From positions 98,686 to 162,685 of the forward strand of contig CAIUMP010000044.1 of the NCBI GenBank assembly GCA_903900335.1: a stretch of DNA of 64,000 nucleotides, written 5' to 3'. Under the pieces are notes generated by a model. That model searched no databases. It was not told the origin of the DNA and worked only from the letters and a program-made list of their open reading frames with translations. This stretch comes from an uncultured Ignavibacteriota bacterium (GTDB lineage: Bacteria > Bacteroidota > Ignavibacteria > Palsa-1295). The number at the start of each line of letters is the position of its first letter. Within the stretch, counting starts at the first letter, position 1. Of the stretch, positions 19,741-29,111 are shown in pieces. A program made the translations under genes and the position numbers.

Positions 19741-20691
19741 ATGGCCGATAAGAAGATAATCGTGGTTTTTGGAGCTACTGGAGCTCAAGGCGGAGGGCTG
19801 GTGCGAGCTATTTTGAATGATAAGGAGAGTGAGTTCGCCGTACGCGCTGTAACGCGCGAGCCGAACTCGGACAAAGCAAAGGCGCTCGCCTCGATGGGTG
19901 CCGAGATCATCACTGCAGATATTGATGACGTCGATAGCATAAAGCGCGCGCTGCAGGGCGCCTACGGCGCATACGTCGTGACATTTTTCTGGTCCCATTT
20001 TTCGCCCGAGAGGGAAATGGCGGAAGTGGCGAACATGGCCGAAGCTGCGAAGGCTACTGGGCTGAAGCACGCAATCTGGTCAACGTTGGAGGATGTTCGT
20101 AAGACGGTGCCGTTGACAGACAGCTCGATTCCGACTATTGGAGACAAGTGGAAAGTCCCGCACTTCGATGGCAAGGGCGCATCGGATCGTTACTTTGAGG
20201 ACGCTGGAGTGCCCGTAACCTATTTACTCGCATCATACTACTGGGACAATCTCATCTACTTCGGGATGGGACCAAAGCGCGGTCCAGATGGCAAACTCGC
20301 CATCACATTCCCTATGGGAAAGAAGAAAATGGCAGGTATCGGCGCAGAAGATATCGGAAAGTGTGCGTACGGAATCTTCAAGAAGGGCACGTCAATGGTC
20401 GGGAAGCGCGTGGGTATTGCCGGTGATCAGCTCACGCTTTCCGAAATGGCGACTGCGATGGGTAAGGCACTCGGAGAAGAAGTGGGCTACAACGAGATCA
20501 CACCAGATATCTATCGGAGCTTTGGATTCCCCGGGGCAGATGATCTGGCTAACATGTTCCAATTCTATCGCGACTACGACGAACTGTGCAACAACACTCG
20601 CGACGTGAAGTTCTCACGTGAGTTGAATCCGGAATTGCAGTCCTTCGAGATGTGGCTTGGTGACAATGCCAAGCGTATACCGCTTCAGTAG
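19741..20691 (+). CDS. NmrA/HSCARG family NAD(P)-binding protein
   Basis: VVFGATGAQGG, VRAVTR, VPHFDGKG, FGFPGADDLANMFQF. Confidence 0.9.
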   Translation: MADKKIIVVFGATGAQGGGLVRAILNDKESEFAVRAVTREPNSDKAKALASMGAEIITADIDDVDSIKRALQGAYGAYVVTFFWSHFSPEREMAEVANMAEAAKATGLKHAIWSTLEDVRKTVPLTDSSIPTIGDKWKVPHFDGKGASDRYFEDAGVPVTYLLASYYWDNLIYFGMGPKRGPDGKLAITFPMGKKKMAGIGAEDIGKCAYGIFKKGTSMVGKRVGIAGDQLTLSEMATAMGKALGEEVGYNEITPDIYRSFGFPGADDLANMFQFYRDYDELCNNTRDVKFSRELNPELQSFEMWLGDNAKRIPLQ

Positions 20692-20712
20692 ACCCTGTAA
20701 GGGTTTCAATTT

Positions 20713-20748
20713 GAATGCCGCAAGCTCAAGATTGAGTTTGCGGCGTTC
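20713..20748. terminator. Hairpin between convergent genes (bidirectional terminator candidate)
   Basis: GAATGCCGCAAGCTCAA-GA-TTGAGTTTGCGGCGTTC. Confidence 0.65.
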
Positions 20749-20778
20749 TGATTCTTGCAGGTTGAATTCGTCCTGACA

Positions 20779-21219
20779 TCATTTCGAAGTCCCTTCTGCT
20801 CTCATTTTCAAATGCAGATTCATCGCCTCGAACCCAGCCCGAGTCTGCTTTCCGATGAGCGCGAGCACCAGTGCCACAAGCGCTCCCGTGAAACGCTCTC
20901 GATGAATGAACCGAGTAGCACCGCTTCCATCTGGTTCCAGTTCGAAGATGTGCTCTCCATCGAAGAGTCCTTTTACGCCTAACGATCCCCGCCATCGAAC
21001 TATGCGAAGCTCTGCTCGCTCCAGGCAGGTGGGCCGAACGATCATTGGTCGGCTGTTGGGGGCCTGAATAGTTACGGCGAGTCTTGCACCTGCTTCGAAC
21101 GCACCTTCGATCCGGATCAAGAATGGATTCCAGTCCGGATAAAACCCGGTATCGGTGAGGATGCGCCAAACCGCTTCGGGGGAAGCGTTGATCATGATTT
21201 CCGTTCTAATTTCTCGCAT
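20779..21219 (-). CDS. SRPBCC domain protein
   Basis: IRTEI.INASPE.VW.ILTD...YP.WNPF, LFDGEH.F, F.H.E.F.G.L, GFEAMN..LK..AE. Confidence 0.88.
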   Translation of the reverse strand: MREIRTEIMINASPEAVWRILTDTGFYPDWNPFLIRIEGAFEAGARLAVTIQAPNSRPMIVRPTCLERAELRIVRWRGSLGVKGLFDGEHIFELEPDGSGATRFIHRERFTGALVALVLALIGKQTRAGFEAMNLHLKMRAEGTSK

Positions 21220-21393
21220 ATGTTTTGAAGACGATTAGGAGCCCAGGAAATTGCCACACTAAACCTTAACGAAGGGAAATACTCGACCTTGCCACGCACC
21301 GGCAAGACCCTCGAAGCTGGCTACTATCACACGGCCGCGCGGTGACATATTTCACCCGTTGCTCGTTACCTCGGAATCATCCATTTCCACTCC

Positions 21394-22356
21394 ATGAAAA
21401 GCGCGATACATGTCACGGGCCTTACCAAAACCTTCGGGGAAACAAAAGCGCTTCGCGGTGTAGATCTCTCGATCTCTACCGGGGAGATGTTTGGTATCGT
21501 GGGCCCGGATGGTGCTGGGAAGACAACGCTTATTCGCATCCTGTGTGGCATCATCAAGCCCGACGCCGGCGCGGCAACAATTCTCGGTCTCGATCTCGCA
21601 ACGGAGAAGGAGAAGATCAAGCCACGCATTGGCTATCTTTCACAGCGATTCAGCCTGTATCCTGATCTTTCGATCGACGAGAATATCGAGTTCTTTGCTG
21701 AGATACATGAAGTTGAGGGCTACAAAGCGCGGCGAGACGAGCTTCTTGAATTTACTCGACTAACACCTTTTAGGACGAGACTTGCGGACAAGCTCTCCGG
21801 CGGGATGAAGCAAAAGCTGGCGCTTGCTTGTACACTCATTCACAAGCCCGAAATCATATTCCTGGACGAACCCACAACCGGTGTCGATCCGGTTTCCCGC
21901 CGAGATTTTTGGAAGATCCTCTCGTCGCTTCTAAAAGAAGGGATCACTATCGTGATGACCACCCCCTATCTCGACGAAGCCGAACGATGCTCCCGCGTAG
22001 CCTTGATGGAACACGGCGCGCTCCTCGTGGTCGATGAGCCTCGAAACCTGAAAATGCAGATGAGTGGGACGGTGATCGAGGTCATTCCAACCGATTTGCA
22101 GGCAATGTACGCTGCTCTTCAACAGGAGCCGTGGGTGCTTGATGTGCAGGCTTTCGGCGACCGGCTAAATGTAATTGTCGGAACTGAGAGTGCCGCCGGC
22201 GGAAGAACTGGTACTGCCCGTGGCGTTGATACAGAGCTTCGGCGATTGGGGCTTGGGGTGAAGAATTTACGAATTGTCCAGCCTTCTCTTGAGAACGTCT
22301 TTATTTCCTTGTTGAAGCGGGAAAATGCTGAAATCACGGAAGCGGTGTCCCGCTGA
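21394..22356 (+). CDS. ABC transporter ATP-binding protein (YbhF-like, single domain)
   Basis: GPDGAGKTT, LSGGMKQKLAL, LDEPTTGVDPVSRR, PSLENVFI. Confidence 0.92.
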   Translation: MKSAIHVTGLTKTFGETKALRGVDLSISTGEMFGIVGPDGAGKTTLIRILCGIIKPDAGAATILGLDLATEKEKIKPRIGYLSQRFSLYPDLSIDENIEFFAEIHEVEGYKARRDELLEFTRLTPFRTRLADKLSGGMKQKLALACTLIHKPEIIFLDEPTTGVDPVSRRDFWKILSSLLKEGITIVMTTPYLDEAERCSRVALMEHGALLVVDEPRNLKMQMSGTVIEVIPTDLQAMYAALQQEPWVLDVQAFGDRLNVIVGTESAAGGRTGTARGVDTELRRLGLGVKNLRIVQPSLENVFISLLKRENAEITEAVSR

Positions 22357-22470
22357 ACGGAATGGGGTGAACGGGGTTTATGTTCATCAAACAAGAAGCG
22401 GATTTTTAATCCGCCTTTACCTTGTGTTTTTAGCAATTTGTAATTACACCACCGGTACGTTCGAGAGACT

Positions 22471-22968
22471 ATGGCTTCTGAAATGAAACTCTCCATCACC
22501 CTGATCGATGACGATGTGGCACTCTGTGAGATGCAGAAGGACTCGTTGCTGAGAAAATTCCCCGATGCACAGATCGCGATGTACCACACCGGCGAGGATG
22601 CCCTGGCACGTATCGTGGATCAGCCGGACATCGTCGTGCTCGATTATCAGCTGGATTCCGTCCGTGCGGACGCGATGAACGGTATCCAGATCCTCAGCAA
22701 GTTGAAGGAGAAGTTTCCCGAGTTGCCGGTAATCTTCATGAGCAGTCAGGACCGCATGGAGGTGGCTTCAAACACCATCAAGTATGGTGCGTATGACTAC
22801 ATCGTCAAGAACGAAACGGCATTCCACAAGTTGCAACTCGCCGTTACGCAGCTCGCCGCGCTGCATGAGATCAAGAAGTCGCATGGCTTCCAGAAGTCCC
22901 TCAACCTATTCTTCTGGGCACTTGTGTTCGCACTGATCGGATACGTGATCTACCTGCGCGTGCATTAG
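22471..22968 (+). CDS. Response regulator receiver protein with C-terminal transmembrane helix
   Basis: IDDD, IVVLDY, MNGI, GAYDYIVK; hydrophobic tail FFWALVFALIGYVIYL. Confidence 0.85.
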   Translation: MASEMKLSITLIDDDVALCEMQKDSLLRKFPDAQIAMYHTGEDALARIVDQPDIVVLDYQLDSVRADAMNGIQILSKLKEKFPELPVIFMSSQDRMEVASNTIKYGAYDYIVKNETAFHKLQLAVTQLAALHEIKKSHGFQKSLNLFFWALVFALIGYVIYLRVH

Positions 22969-23049
22969 CGCAGGCCCTACGAGGGCCTGCTGATGCGATT
23001 GCCAAAACACCTAATGAGCGATGAACGGGAACGTGTGCGTGTGTATATT

Positions 23050-26000
23050 ATGATGAAACGAGTAGTTTGTCTTTGCCTTGTCTTTCTGCTTCAGCAATGG
23101 TCGTTCTCTCGCTCCGCTCACGCACAGGATCAGCACCTGTTCGATAGTCTTCATGCAGCCTTCGCGTTTGCAACCCAGGACACCACCCGCAGTGACATTC
23201 TCGGCAAGCTCGCTGGTGCGTTAGAGGACATCGATACGGCGACCGCGATGAGCTACGCGACGCAGTCGATGCATTTCGCCGAAGCTGCGCACGACAGTCG
23301 CCGCATTGCACGATTCGACTTGTTCCTTGCACATCGTTACTCGAACGCGGGCCTTTATGATAGCGCTCGCTCACGTTTACTCGATGCGCTGAAGCATGCC
23401 GAAGAGCTGAACGACTCCACTATCATGGCGACGGTCTTCAGTCAATTGGGTCGGAATGACATGGAGGTTGGGAAGTATCAGGAAGCCCTCAACTACTTCC
23501 TAAAGGATCTTGACTTTGCATTGCATCGTCGAGACGCCGCAGCGATCGGAAATGCCTACAACGATCTCGGCTGCATCTACTTGTATCAGTTCATGCCGAC
23601 AAATGCATTACGCTATCTCCGGCTTGCATTGCAATACGCAGAGCGCACGAAAGACACGCGCTTGGCCGCCCACATTTACAACAATATCGGGCTTAGCTTC
23701 AACGATACGATCGGCGTCATTCTGCATTACAAAGAGAATCTAGACAGTTCTCTGCTCTATTTCCGCAAGGCGGTTGCACTGTATTCTGAGACAGACGAGC
23801 ATTACACTCGTGCCCGCGTACTCGGAAATATGGGCGATATTTTCGAAAGGCAACACCTGCTGGACAGTGCCCTCTCGTATGATCGGCAGGCGATCTACAT
23901 GCACGAGAGTGTTGGGATCGCATCTACCTACATGGCAGCAGCGTATGCACAGCTGGGCAACCTATTCCTACGAATTCGCCATACCGATAGCGCATTCCAC
24001 TACTTGCTATTGGCCCGTGACATTGACCAACGGATCGGAGCGCGTCGGGGGTTATACTACCATTATATTGATCTTTCGAGAGCCTACGCTCAATCGGGCG
24101 ACTATAAGCAGGCATACGAGTACCTCGGGCTCGGTGCATCGCTGCACGACTCTCTATACAATGTAGATAAGAGCCGTGTGTTCTCCGAGATGGAGACAAA
24201 GTACCAGACCAGCAAGAAGGAGAAGGAAATTGCCGCCCAGGATCAGGAGATCCGTCAGCAGCGAGTAGTAAACTACGCGGTGATGGGAATCGCCGGGGTG
24301 TTGTGTCTTGTCGCACTCATCATTTATCGTAATGATCGGCACAAGCAGCGGGTCAACCGTGAGCTTGCCAAGGCAAAGGAACGCGCGGAAGCTAGCGAGT
24401 TGCTCGAGAAGCAATTCCTCGCGAATATGAGTCACGAGATTCGAACGCCGATGAACGCCGTGCTGGGGATGACTACGCTCCTGCTCGAAACCACTCTGAC
24501 CACAAAGCAACGCGATTATCTGGAAGCAATTGCCGCTTCGGCCGATAACCTGCTCATCATTATTAACGACATTCTTGATCTCTCCAAACTTCAAGCTGGA
24601 AAAATGGAGTTGGAGCGTATCCCATTCCGATTACACGACGTAACTCGTCATGTCGTGGACATGATGCATTTCAAAGCGGAGGCCAAGCACCTCGATCTCA
24701 CAGAGGATTTTGACGAGTCCATGCCAGCTGTTGTTATCGGTGATCCCGCGAGACTCACTCAGATACTGGTGAATTTGGCAGGCAATGCGATCAAATTCAC
24801 CCCGAATGGCTCCGTGACGATCCACATATCAGCAACCGCGGTAGGCGCAGATCGTAAAATGAATGTCCGAATCGCCGTTCGCGACACTGGTATCGGTATT
24901 GCTGCCGAGAAGCTCTCCACCATTTTCGACTCCTTCTCACAGGCGGATGCCGAGACTTCGCGAAAGTACGGCGGTACCGGCCTGGGTCTCGCAATATCCA
25001 GAACGCTCGTTGAGCTGCAGGGCGGAAGCATCGGCGTGACCAGCGAACTCGGCAAAGGATCGGAATTCGCGTTCACAATACCTTACGAGGTTACCAGCGA
25101 GGAAGTGCTGACGGAGAGTGAAACACCACCTGTTACCGAGACCATCTCATTAGAGGGCCTCCGCGTCCTACTGGTGGAGGACAACGAGTATAATCAGATC
25201 GTCCTTGCGGACACGCTCCGCAATGTCATTCCTGACGTCGCGCTAGAGATCGCATCAAACGGCCGCGAAGCCATCGCGATCATTCACACGCTTCCATTCG
25301 ACATCGTCCTCATGGATGTTCAGATGCCGGAAATGGATGGAATCGAAGCAACGAAGTATATCCGGGCCCATTTGGGCCGCGGCAAACGGGATGTGCCTAT
25401 CATTGCGCTAACCGCGAGCGTGATTAAGTCCGAAATCGACCGCTGCTTCGAAGCGGGAATGAATGATTACGTTCCTAAGCCTTTCCGAAAGGATGAACTT
25501 TTGAGCGTCATCGCGAAATATTACAAGGGGCAGCCTGGGCGTGCTCCTGCAATCCCTGCGCATGCACCCGCACCTGCCGGTCCGACGGTAGTTCCGGAGG
25601 CGAAACCGGAGACTCCTAAGGCGAAGCCGGAGACTCCTAAGGCGAAACCCGTGAGCTCGGAGCCCGTACCAATTTCAGCTGCGCCGGCACCAAAGCCACC
25701 AGAACCGACCGAAACTACTTCAGCTATGCCACAACCGGAGAAGCCATCCAGTCCTGTCGCCGATCTTACTGCACTCTCAGACATCACTGGTGGTGATGCG
25801 CAGCAGTTAAAGAAGTACATTAAGATGTTCTTGGATGGCGTTCCAGGGCAACTCGAGACGGTCGCGGTCGCGCTTGAGGCTAACGATTACGATAGTGCTC
25901 GAAGAAGGATGCATGCAATGAAACCGCATCTGAAATTTATGGGTATGAAGGTCGCTGCCGGATTTGCCGACTCGATCGAGCAACTCTGCGCTGAGCAACG

Positions 26001-26085
26001 CGAACCGGAACGCATCAATCATGAATTTGCGCAGGTCAAGCAACAGTGTGAGTGGGCGTTCGAGGAATTGAAGGCGAAGCTGTAG
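23050..26085 (+). CDS. Hybrid sensor histidine kinase (periplasmic TPR sensor, HisKA, HATPase, REC, Pro-rich linker, Hpt)
   Basis: Signal peptide ..SAHA|Q; TPRs; one TM; FLANMSHEIRTPMN, NAIKFT, DTGIGI, GGTGLGL; VLMDVQMPEMDG; H.MKP Hpt. Confidence 0.93.
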   Translation: MMKRVVCLCLVFLLQQWSFSRSAHAQDQHLFDSLHAAFAFATQDTTRSDILGKLAGALEDIDTATAMSYATQSMHFAEAAHDSRRIARFDLFLAHRYSNAGLYDSARSRLLDALKHAEELNDSTIMATVFSQLGRNDMEVGKYQEALNYFLKDLDFALHRRDAAAIGNAYNDLGCIYLYQFMPTNALRYLRLALQYAERTKDTRLAAHIYNNIGLSFNDTIGVILHYKENLDSSLLYFRKAVALYSETDEHYTRARVLGNMGDIFERQHLLDSALSYDRQAIYMHESVGIASTYMAAAYAQLGNLFLRIRHTDSAFHYLLLARDIDQRIGARRGLYYHYIDLSRAYAQSGDYKQAYEYLGLGASLHDSLYNVDKSRVFSEMETKYQTSKKEKEIAAQDQEIRQQRVVNYAVMGIAGVLCLVALIIYRNDRHKQRVNRELAKAKERAEASELLEKQFLANMSHEIRTPMNAVLGMTTLLLETTLTTKQRDYLEAIAASADNLLIIINDILDLSKLQAGKMELERIPFRLHDVTRHVVDMMHFKAEAKHLDLTEDFDESMPAVVIGDPARLTQILVNLAGNAIKFTPNGSVTIHISATAVGADRKMNVRIAVRDTGIGIAAEKLSTIFDSFSQADAETSRKYGGTGLGLAISRTLVELQGGSIGVTSELGKGSEFAFTIPYEVTSEEVLTESETPPVTETISLEGLRVLLVEDNEYNQIVLADTLRNVIPDVALEIASNGREAIAIIHTLPFDIVLMDVQMPEMDGIEATKYIRAHLGRGKRDVPIIALTASVIKSEIDRCFEAGMNDYVPKPFRKDELLSVIAKYYKGQPGRAPAIPAHAPAPAGPTVVPEAKPETPKAKPETPKAKPVSSEPVPISAAPAPKPPEPTETTSAMPQPEKPSSPVADLTALSDITGGDAQQLKKYIKMFLDGVPGQLETVAVALEANDYDSARRRMHAMKPHLKFMGMKVAAGFADSIEQLCAEQREPERINHEFAQVKQQCEWAFEELKAKL
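25599..25649 (+). repeat. In-frame 21-bp tandem repeat (AKPETPK) in the kinase linker
   Basis: GGCGAAACCGGAGACTCCTAA / GGCGAAGCCGGAGACTCCTAA / GGCGAAACC. Confidence 0.85.
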
Positions 26086-26221
26086 TAGCCAAGTGCGGTG
26101 CTGGGGAATCGGATTGCTGTAGTCTGATCCGCCGACGAACAGTGATGAATTCTTACTGCTTATTCAGGCCGACAACCTCCGGGACAAACCCACTCCCTAA
26201 TACGTTTCGGTCATCCAACAG

Positions 26222-28114
26222 ATGCCGAATATCGCCGTATCCCCCGACACCCAACCCCACGAAGGCCGCTTCAGCGCGCGCCTTCGTGACGCCGTATCGC
26301 GCCCAATCCTGACGGACGGCTCCATGTCCGCCACGCTCCATGCGGCGGGACTGACCGAGCAGCCCATCGAGCGCTACAATCTCACGCAGCCAATCGCCGT
26401 AGAGCATGTTCACCGCAGCTTCGCCGATGCCGGCGCGGAGTTGTTGATGACGAACACGGAGCACGCGAATCCGCTCACCCTTGCGCGACATTACTCGGCG
26501 GACAAAACCTACGAGATCAATCGCAAAGGCGTGTGGCTTGCACGAACTGTTGCGAACGATAACGGACTTCTCGTCGCTGCTGCGGTCGGTCCCATAGGCA
26601 AATTCCTCGCACCAATCGGCTCGCTGAAGCATGTGGATGTCCGCCGAGCATTCAACGAACAGATCCTCGCTCTCCTTGATGGCGGACCGGACTGCATCAT
26701 CCTTAAGAGCTTTATTGATCTCACCGAATTGGAGATCGCAATCGAAGAAGCACAGCGCATAGCTCCCAATCTTCCACTCATCGCACAGAAGACCTTTCCC
26801 GAGGATGGTGCTCTGCTCGCAACAGACTTCGCGCGCAAAGTTGCAGAGCGATTAAAGTCCTTCGGCTTGGCCGCCATTGGGACCAATGGCACCGTCGGTC
26901 CGAACCGGATGCTCTCGATCATTCAAGCATTCGCAATTCCCGGAATCGCAATCACCGCACAGCCGGATATTGGTATCCCGACGCTCGTTGATGGACGACC
27001 AACCTATCATGCAACGCCGGAATATCTCGGGCAGAGCACGAAGCGCCTTGTCGAGGCAGGTGTGTCGATCATCGGTGCGTATGGCGGTGCAACGCCGGAG
27101 CACATCCGCGCGATTCGTGATGCTATTGCGGGTGTGAGTGCTGGTGAGATCAAGGTGCAAGAGATTACCGTCAAAGCTGAGGTGAAGAGCGGTCACGCGA
27201 GCGCAGAGAAGTATTCGCAATTCAAGCAGAACCTCGGCAAGAAATTCTTATCTACCGTCGAACTTGATGTCCCGCGCGGACTCGATATGTCCAGCGTGCT
27301 AGAAGGCGCATCCTATCTCGCGAAGGCTGGTATTGACGCCGTGAATATCTCTGATGGTGCCCGTGCGCGTCTGCGCATGAGTCCGATAACGATCAGCCAT
27401 CTCGTGCAAACGACGTGCGGCATTGAAGCCATAAGTCACTTCGCCTGTCGCGATAGGAATATGGTCGGGCTGCAATCCGAGTTGCTGGGCGCGGAAGCAC
27501 TTGGCGTTCGCAATATCCTCTGCGTCACTGGCGACCCTGCGCAGATCGGCGATTACCCGTATGCCACAAGCGTCTATGATATCGATGCTATCGGTCTCAT
27601 CCGTGCCGTCAAGTCCATGAACGAAGGCTGCGATTTGATGGGCAACCCAATCTCCGGCGGCACTCTCAATTGCACGCACTTCATGATCGCCTGCGGATCG
27701 AATCCTGTTGCGGAAGATATGGAGCGCGAACTCAGTCGCATGGAGCGCAAGATCGGTGAAGGCTGCGAGGTTATCTTCACGCAACCTCTCTTCGAGATCG
27801 AATCGCTCGCCAAGTTTGTCGATGCTATACGTCCGTTTCGCGGATCATCGCGCATCATGCTTGGCATCCTGCCGCTTCGAAGCAAGCGCCACGCGGAATT
27901 CTTGCATTATGAAGTGCCGGGCATGTCCATCCCCGATTGGATTCACGCGCGCATTAGCAGGAAGACGAGCATTGAAGAGCAGAGCAAGGAAGGTATCGCC
28001 ATCTGTGTGGAGTTCTTGAAAGAAGCCAAGTCGCTTGTCGATGGCGTGTATCTGATGCCGCCGTTTAAGAAGTATGACATGGCGGTGGACATCCTTGAAA
28101 AGATAGGAGCATAA
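26222..28114 (+). CDS. Bifunctional homocysteine S-methyltransferase / methylenetetrahydrofolate reductase (YitJ-like)
   Basis: DG.M...L, AGA.L..TNT, VGP.G; MTHFR part NISDG.RAR.RM, H..CRDRN..GLQS.LLG, TGDP..GDYP, TQP. Confidence 0.85.
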   Translation: MPNIAVSPDTQPHEGRFSARLRDAVSRPILTDGSMSATLHAAGLTEQPIERYNLTQPIAVEHVHRSFADAGAELLMTNTEHANPLTLARHYSADKTYEINRKGVWLARTVANDNGLLVAAAVGPIGKFLAPIGSLKHVDVRRAFNEQILALLDGGPDCIILKSFIDLTELEIAIEEAQRIAPNLPLIAQKTFPEDGALLATDFARKVAERLKSFGLAAIGTNGTVGPNRMLSIIQAFAIPGIAITAQPDIGIPTLVDGRPTYHATPEYLGQSTKRLVEAGVSIIGAYGGATPEHIRAIRDAIAGVSAGEIKVQEITVKAEVKSGHASAEKYSQFKQNLGKKFLSTVELDVPRGLDMSSVLEGASYLAKAGIDAVNISDGARARLRMSPITISHLVQTTCGIEAISHFACRDRNMVGLQSELLGAEALGVRNILCVTGDPAQIGDYPYATSVYDIDAIGLIRAVKSMNEGCDLMGNPISGGTLNCTHFMIACGSNPVAEDMERELSRMERKIGEGCEVIFTQPLFEIESLAKFVDAIRPFRGSSRIMLGILPLRSKRHAEFLHYEVPGMSIPDWIHARISRKTSIEEQSKEGIAICVEFLKEAKSLVDGVYLMPPFKKYDMAVDILEKIGA

Positions 28115-28124
28115 ATAGATCACG

Positions 28125-29066
28125 ATGGATGCTCCGCGAATAGGGATAGTGTTAGTTAACCTCAATAGTTATGAGGATACTGCCGTTTGCCTTCGCTCGT
28201 TAGCAACGATCTCGTATTCGAACTTTGAAGTCATCGTCGTCGATAACGGCTCGAGAGATAACTCCGGCGCTCGATTGCGCGAGGAATTTCCGGCAGTCAC
28301 ACATATCCGCGCGGAAGAGAACTTGGGCTTCACTGGCGGGAATAACATTGGCGTCACCCACGCGGTAGAGAACAAGTGCGATCATGTTCTCTTGCTGAAC
28401 AATGATACAATTGTTACTCCCGGCTTCTTAGAGCCGCTGGTTGCAAGGCTTGAATCGGATAAGAAGATCGCAGCCGTTAGTGGAAAGATTTACTACGCAC
28501 CTCAAGCACGCGGCGGGCAATCGGATGTATTGTGGTACGCCGGTTGTTTCCGCAAGTGGCACATGGGGTATCATCACTATGGCGTCGAGGAGAAGGACGC
28601 AGGCAAGTATGAAACGCCGCGGGAGATTCCGTATGCCTCCGGTTGCCTGATGCTCATGCGCGGTGATGTCATTCGACAGATCGGCGCACTCTCCTCCGAG
28701 TTCTTCATCTACTGGGAAGAAGCCGATTGGTGCCACCGTGCGCGCGATGCCGGGTACATCTGCATGTACGAACCGAAGAGCATCATCTATCATAATTTCA
28801 AAAGCGCCGCGCTCGGACACGAGACGCCGTTCCACATGTACATGCAGTATCGCAACGCGTTCATCTATGCGAAGAAGCATTATCATGGACTCGAAGCGTT
28901 GCAGTATTGGCTGTTCTATCCGATCTATATCGCGAACCGCATCTACCTCGATCTCCGCGCAAGGAACTTCCGCGCCGCGCGAGCAACGCTCTGGGGCGTG
29001 ATAGATTACTTCAAAGGCTATCGCGGAATGCAAGGCCTAAAAGAGCGCGGCTTCTTGAAGGGATGA
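28125..29066 (+). CDS. Glycosyltransferase family 2
   Basis: VVDNGS, NLGFTGGNN.G, LLLNNDT, ASGC, FFIYWEEADWC. Confidence 0.92.
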   Translation: MDAPRIGIVLVNLNSYEDTAVCLRSLATISYSNFEVIVVDNGSRDNSGARLREEFPAVTHIRAEENLGFTGGNNIGVTHAVENKCDHVLLLNNDTIVTPGFLEPLVARLESDKKIAAVSGKIYYAPQARGGQSDVLWYAGCFRKWHMGYHHYGVEEKDAGKYETPREIPYASGCLMLMRGDVIRQIGALSSEFFIYWEEADWCHRARDAGYICMYEPKSIIYHNFKSAALGHETPFHMYMQYRNAFIYAKKHYHGLEALQYWLFYPIYIANRIYLDLRARNFRAARATLWGVIDYFKGYRGMQGLKERGFLKG

Positions 29067-29071
29067 CCCCC

Positions 29072-29107
29072 TTCATCATTCATAATTCATCATTCATAAT
29101 TTCCCCG
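29072..29107 (+). repeat. Heptamer-based tandem repeat (TTCATCA TTCATAA)x2
   Basis: Near-identical to the reverse complement of 47925-47958. Confidence 0.8.
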
Positions 29108-29111
29108 TTCG

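Noticed and set aside
16115-21219. Integron cassette array (aac(6'), blc and SRPBCC are cassette-like cargo)
   Set aside because: No attC-like RYYYAAC...GTTRRRY palindromes are recognisable in the spacers, there is no intI, and gene orientation is mixed
26086-26221. SAM riboswitch before the yitJ-like gene
   Set aside because: No SAM-I (ATC.AGAG...GCAACC...GTGC) or SAM-II consensus recognisable
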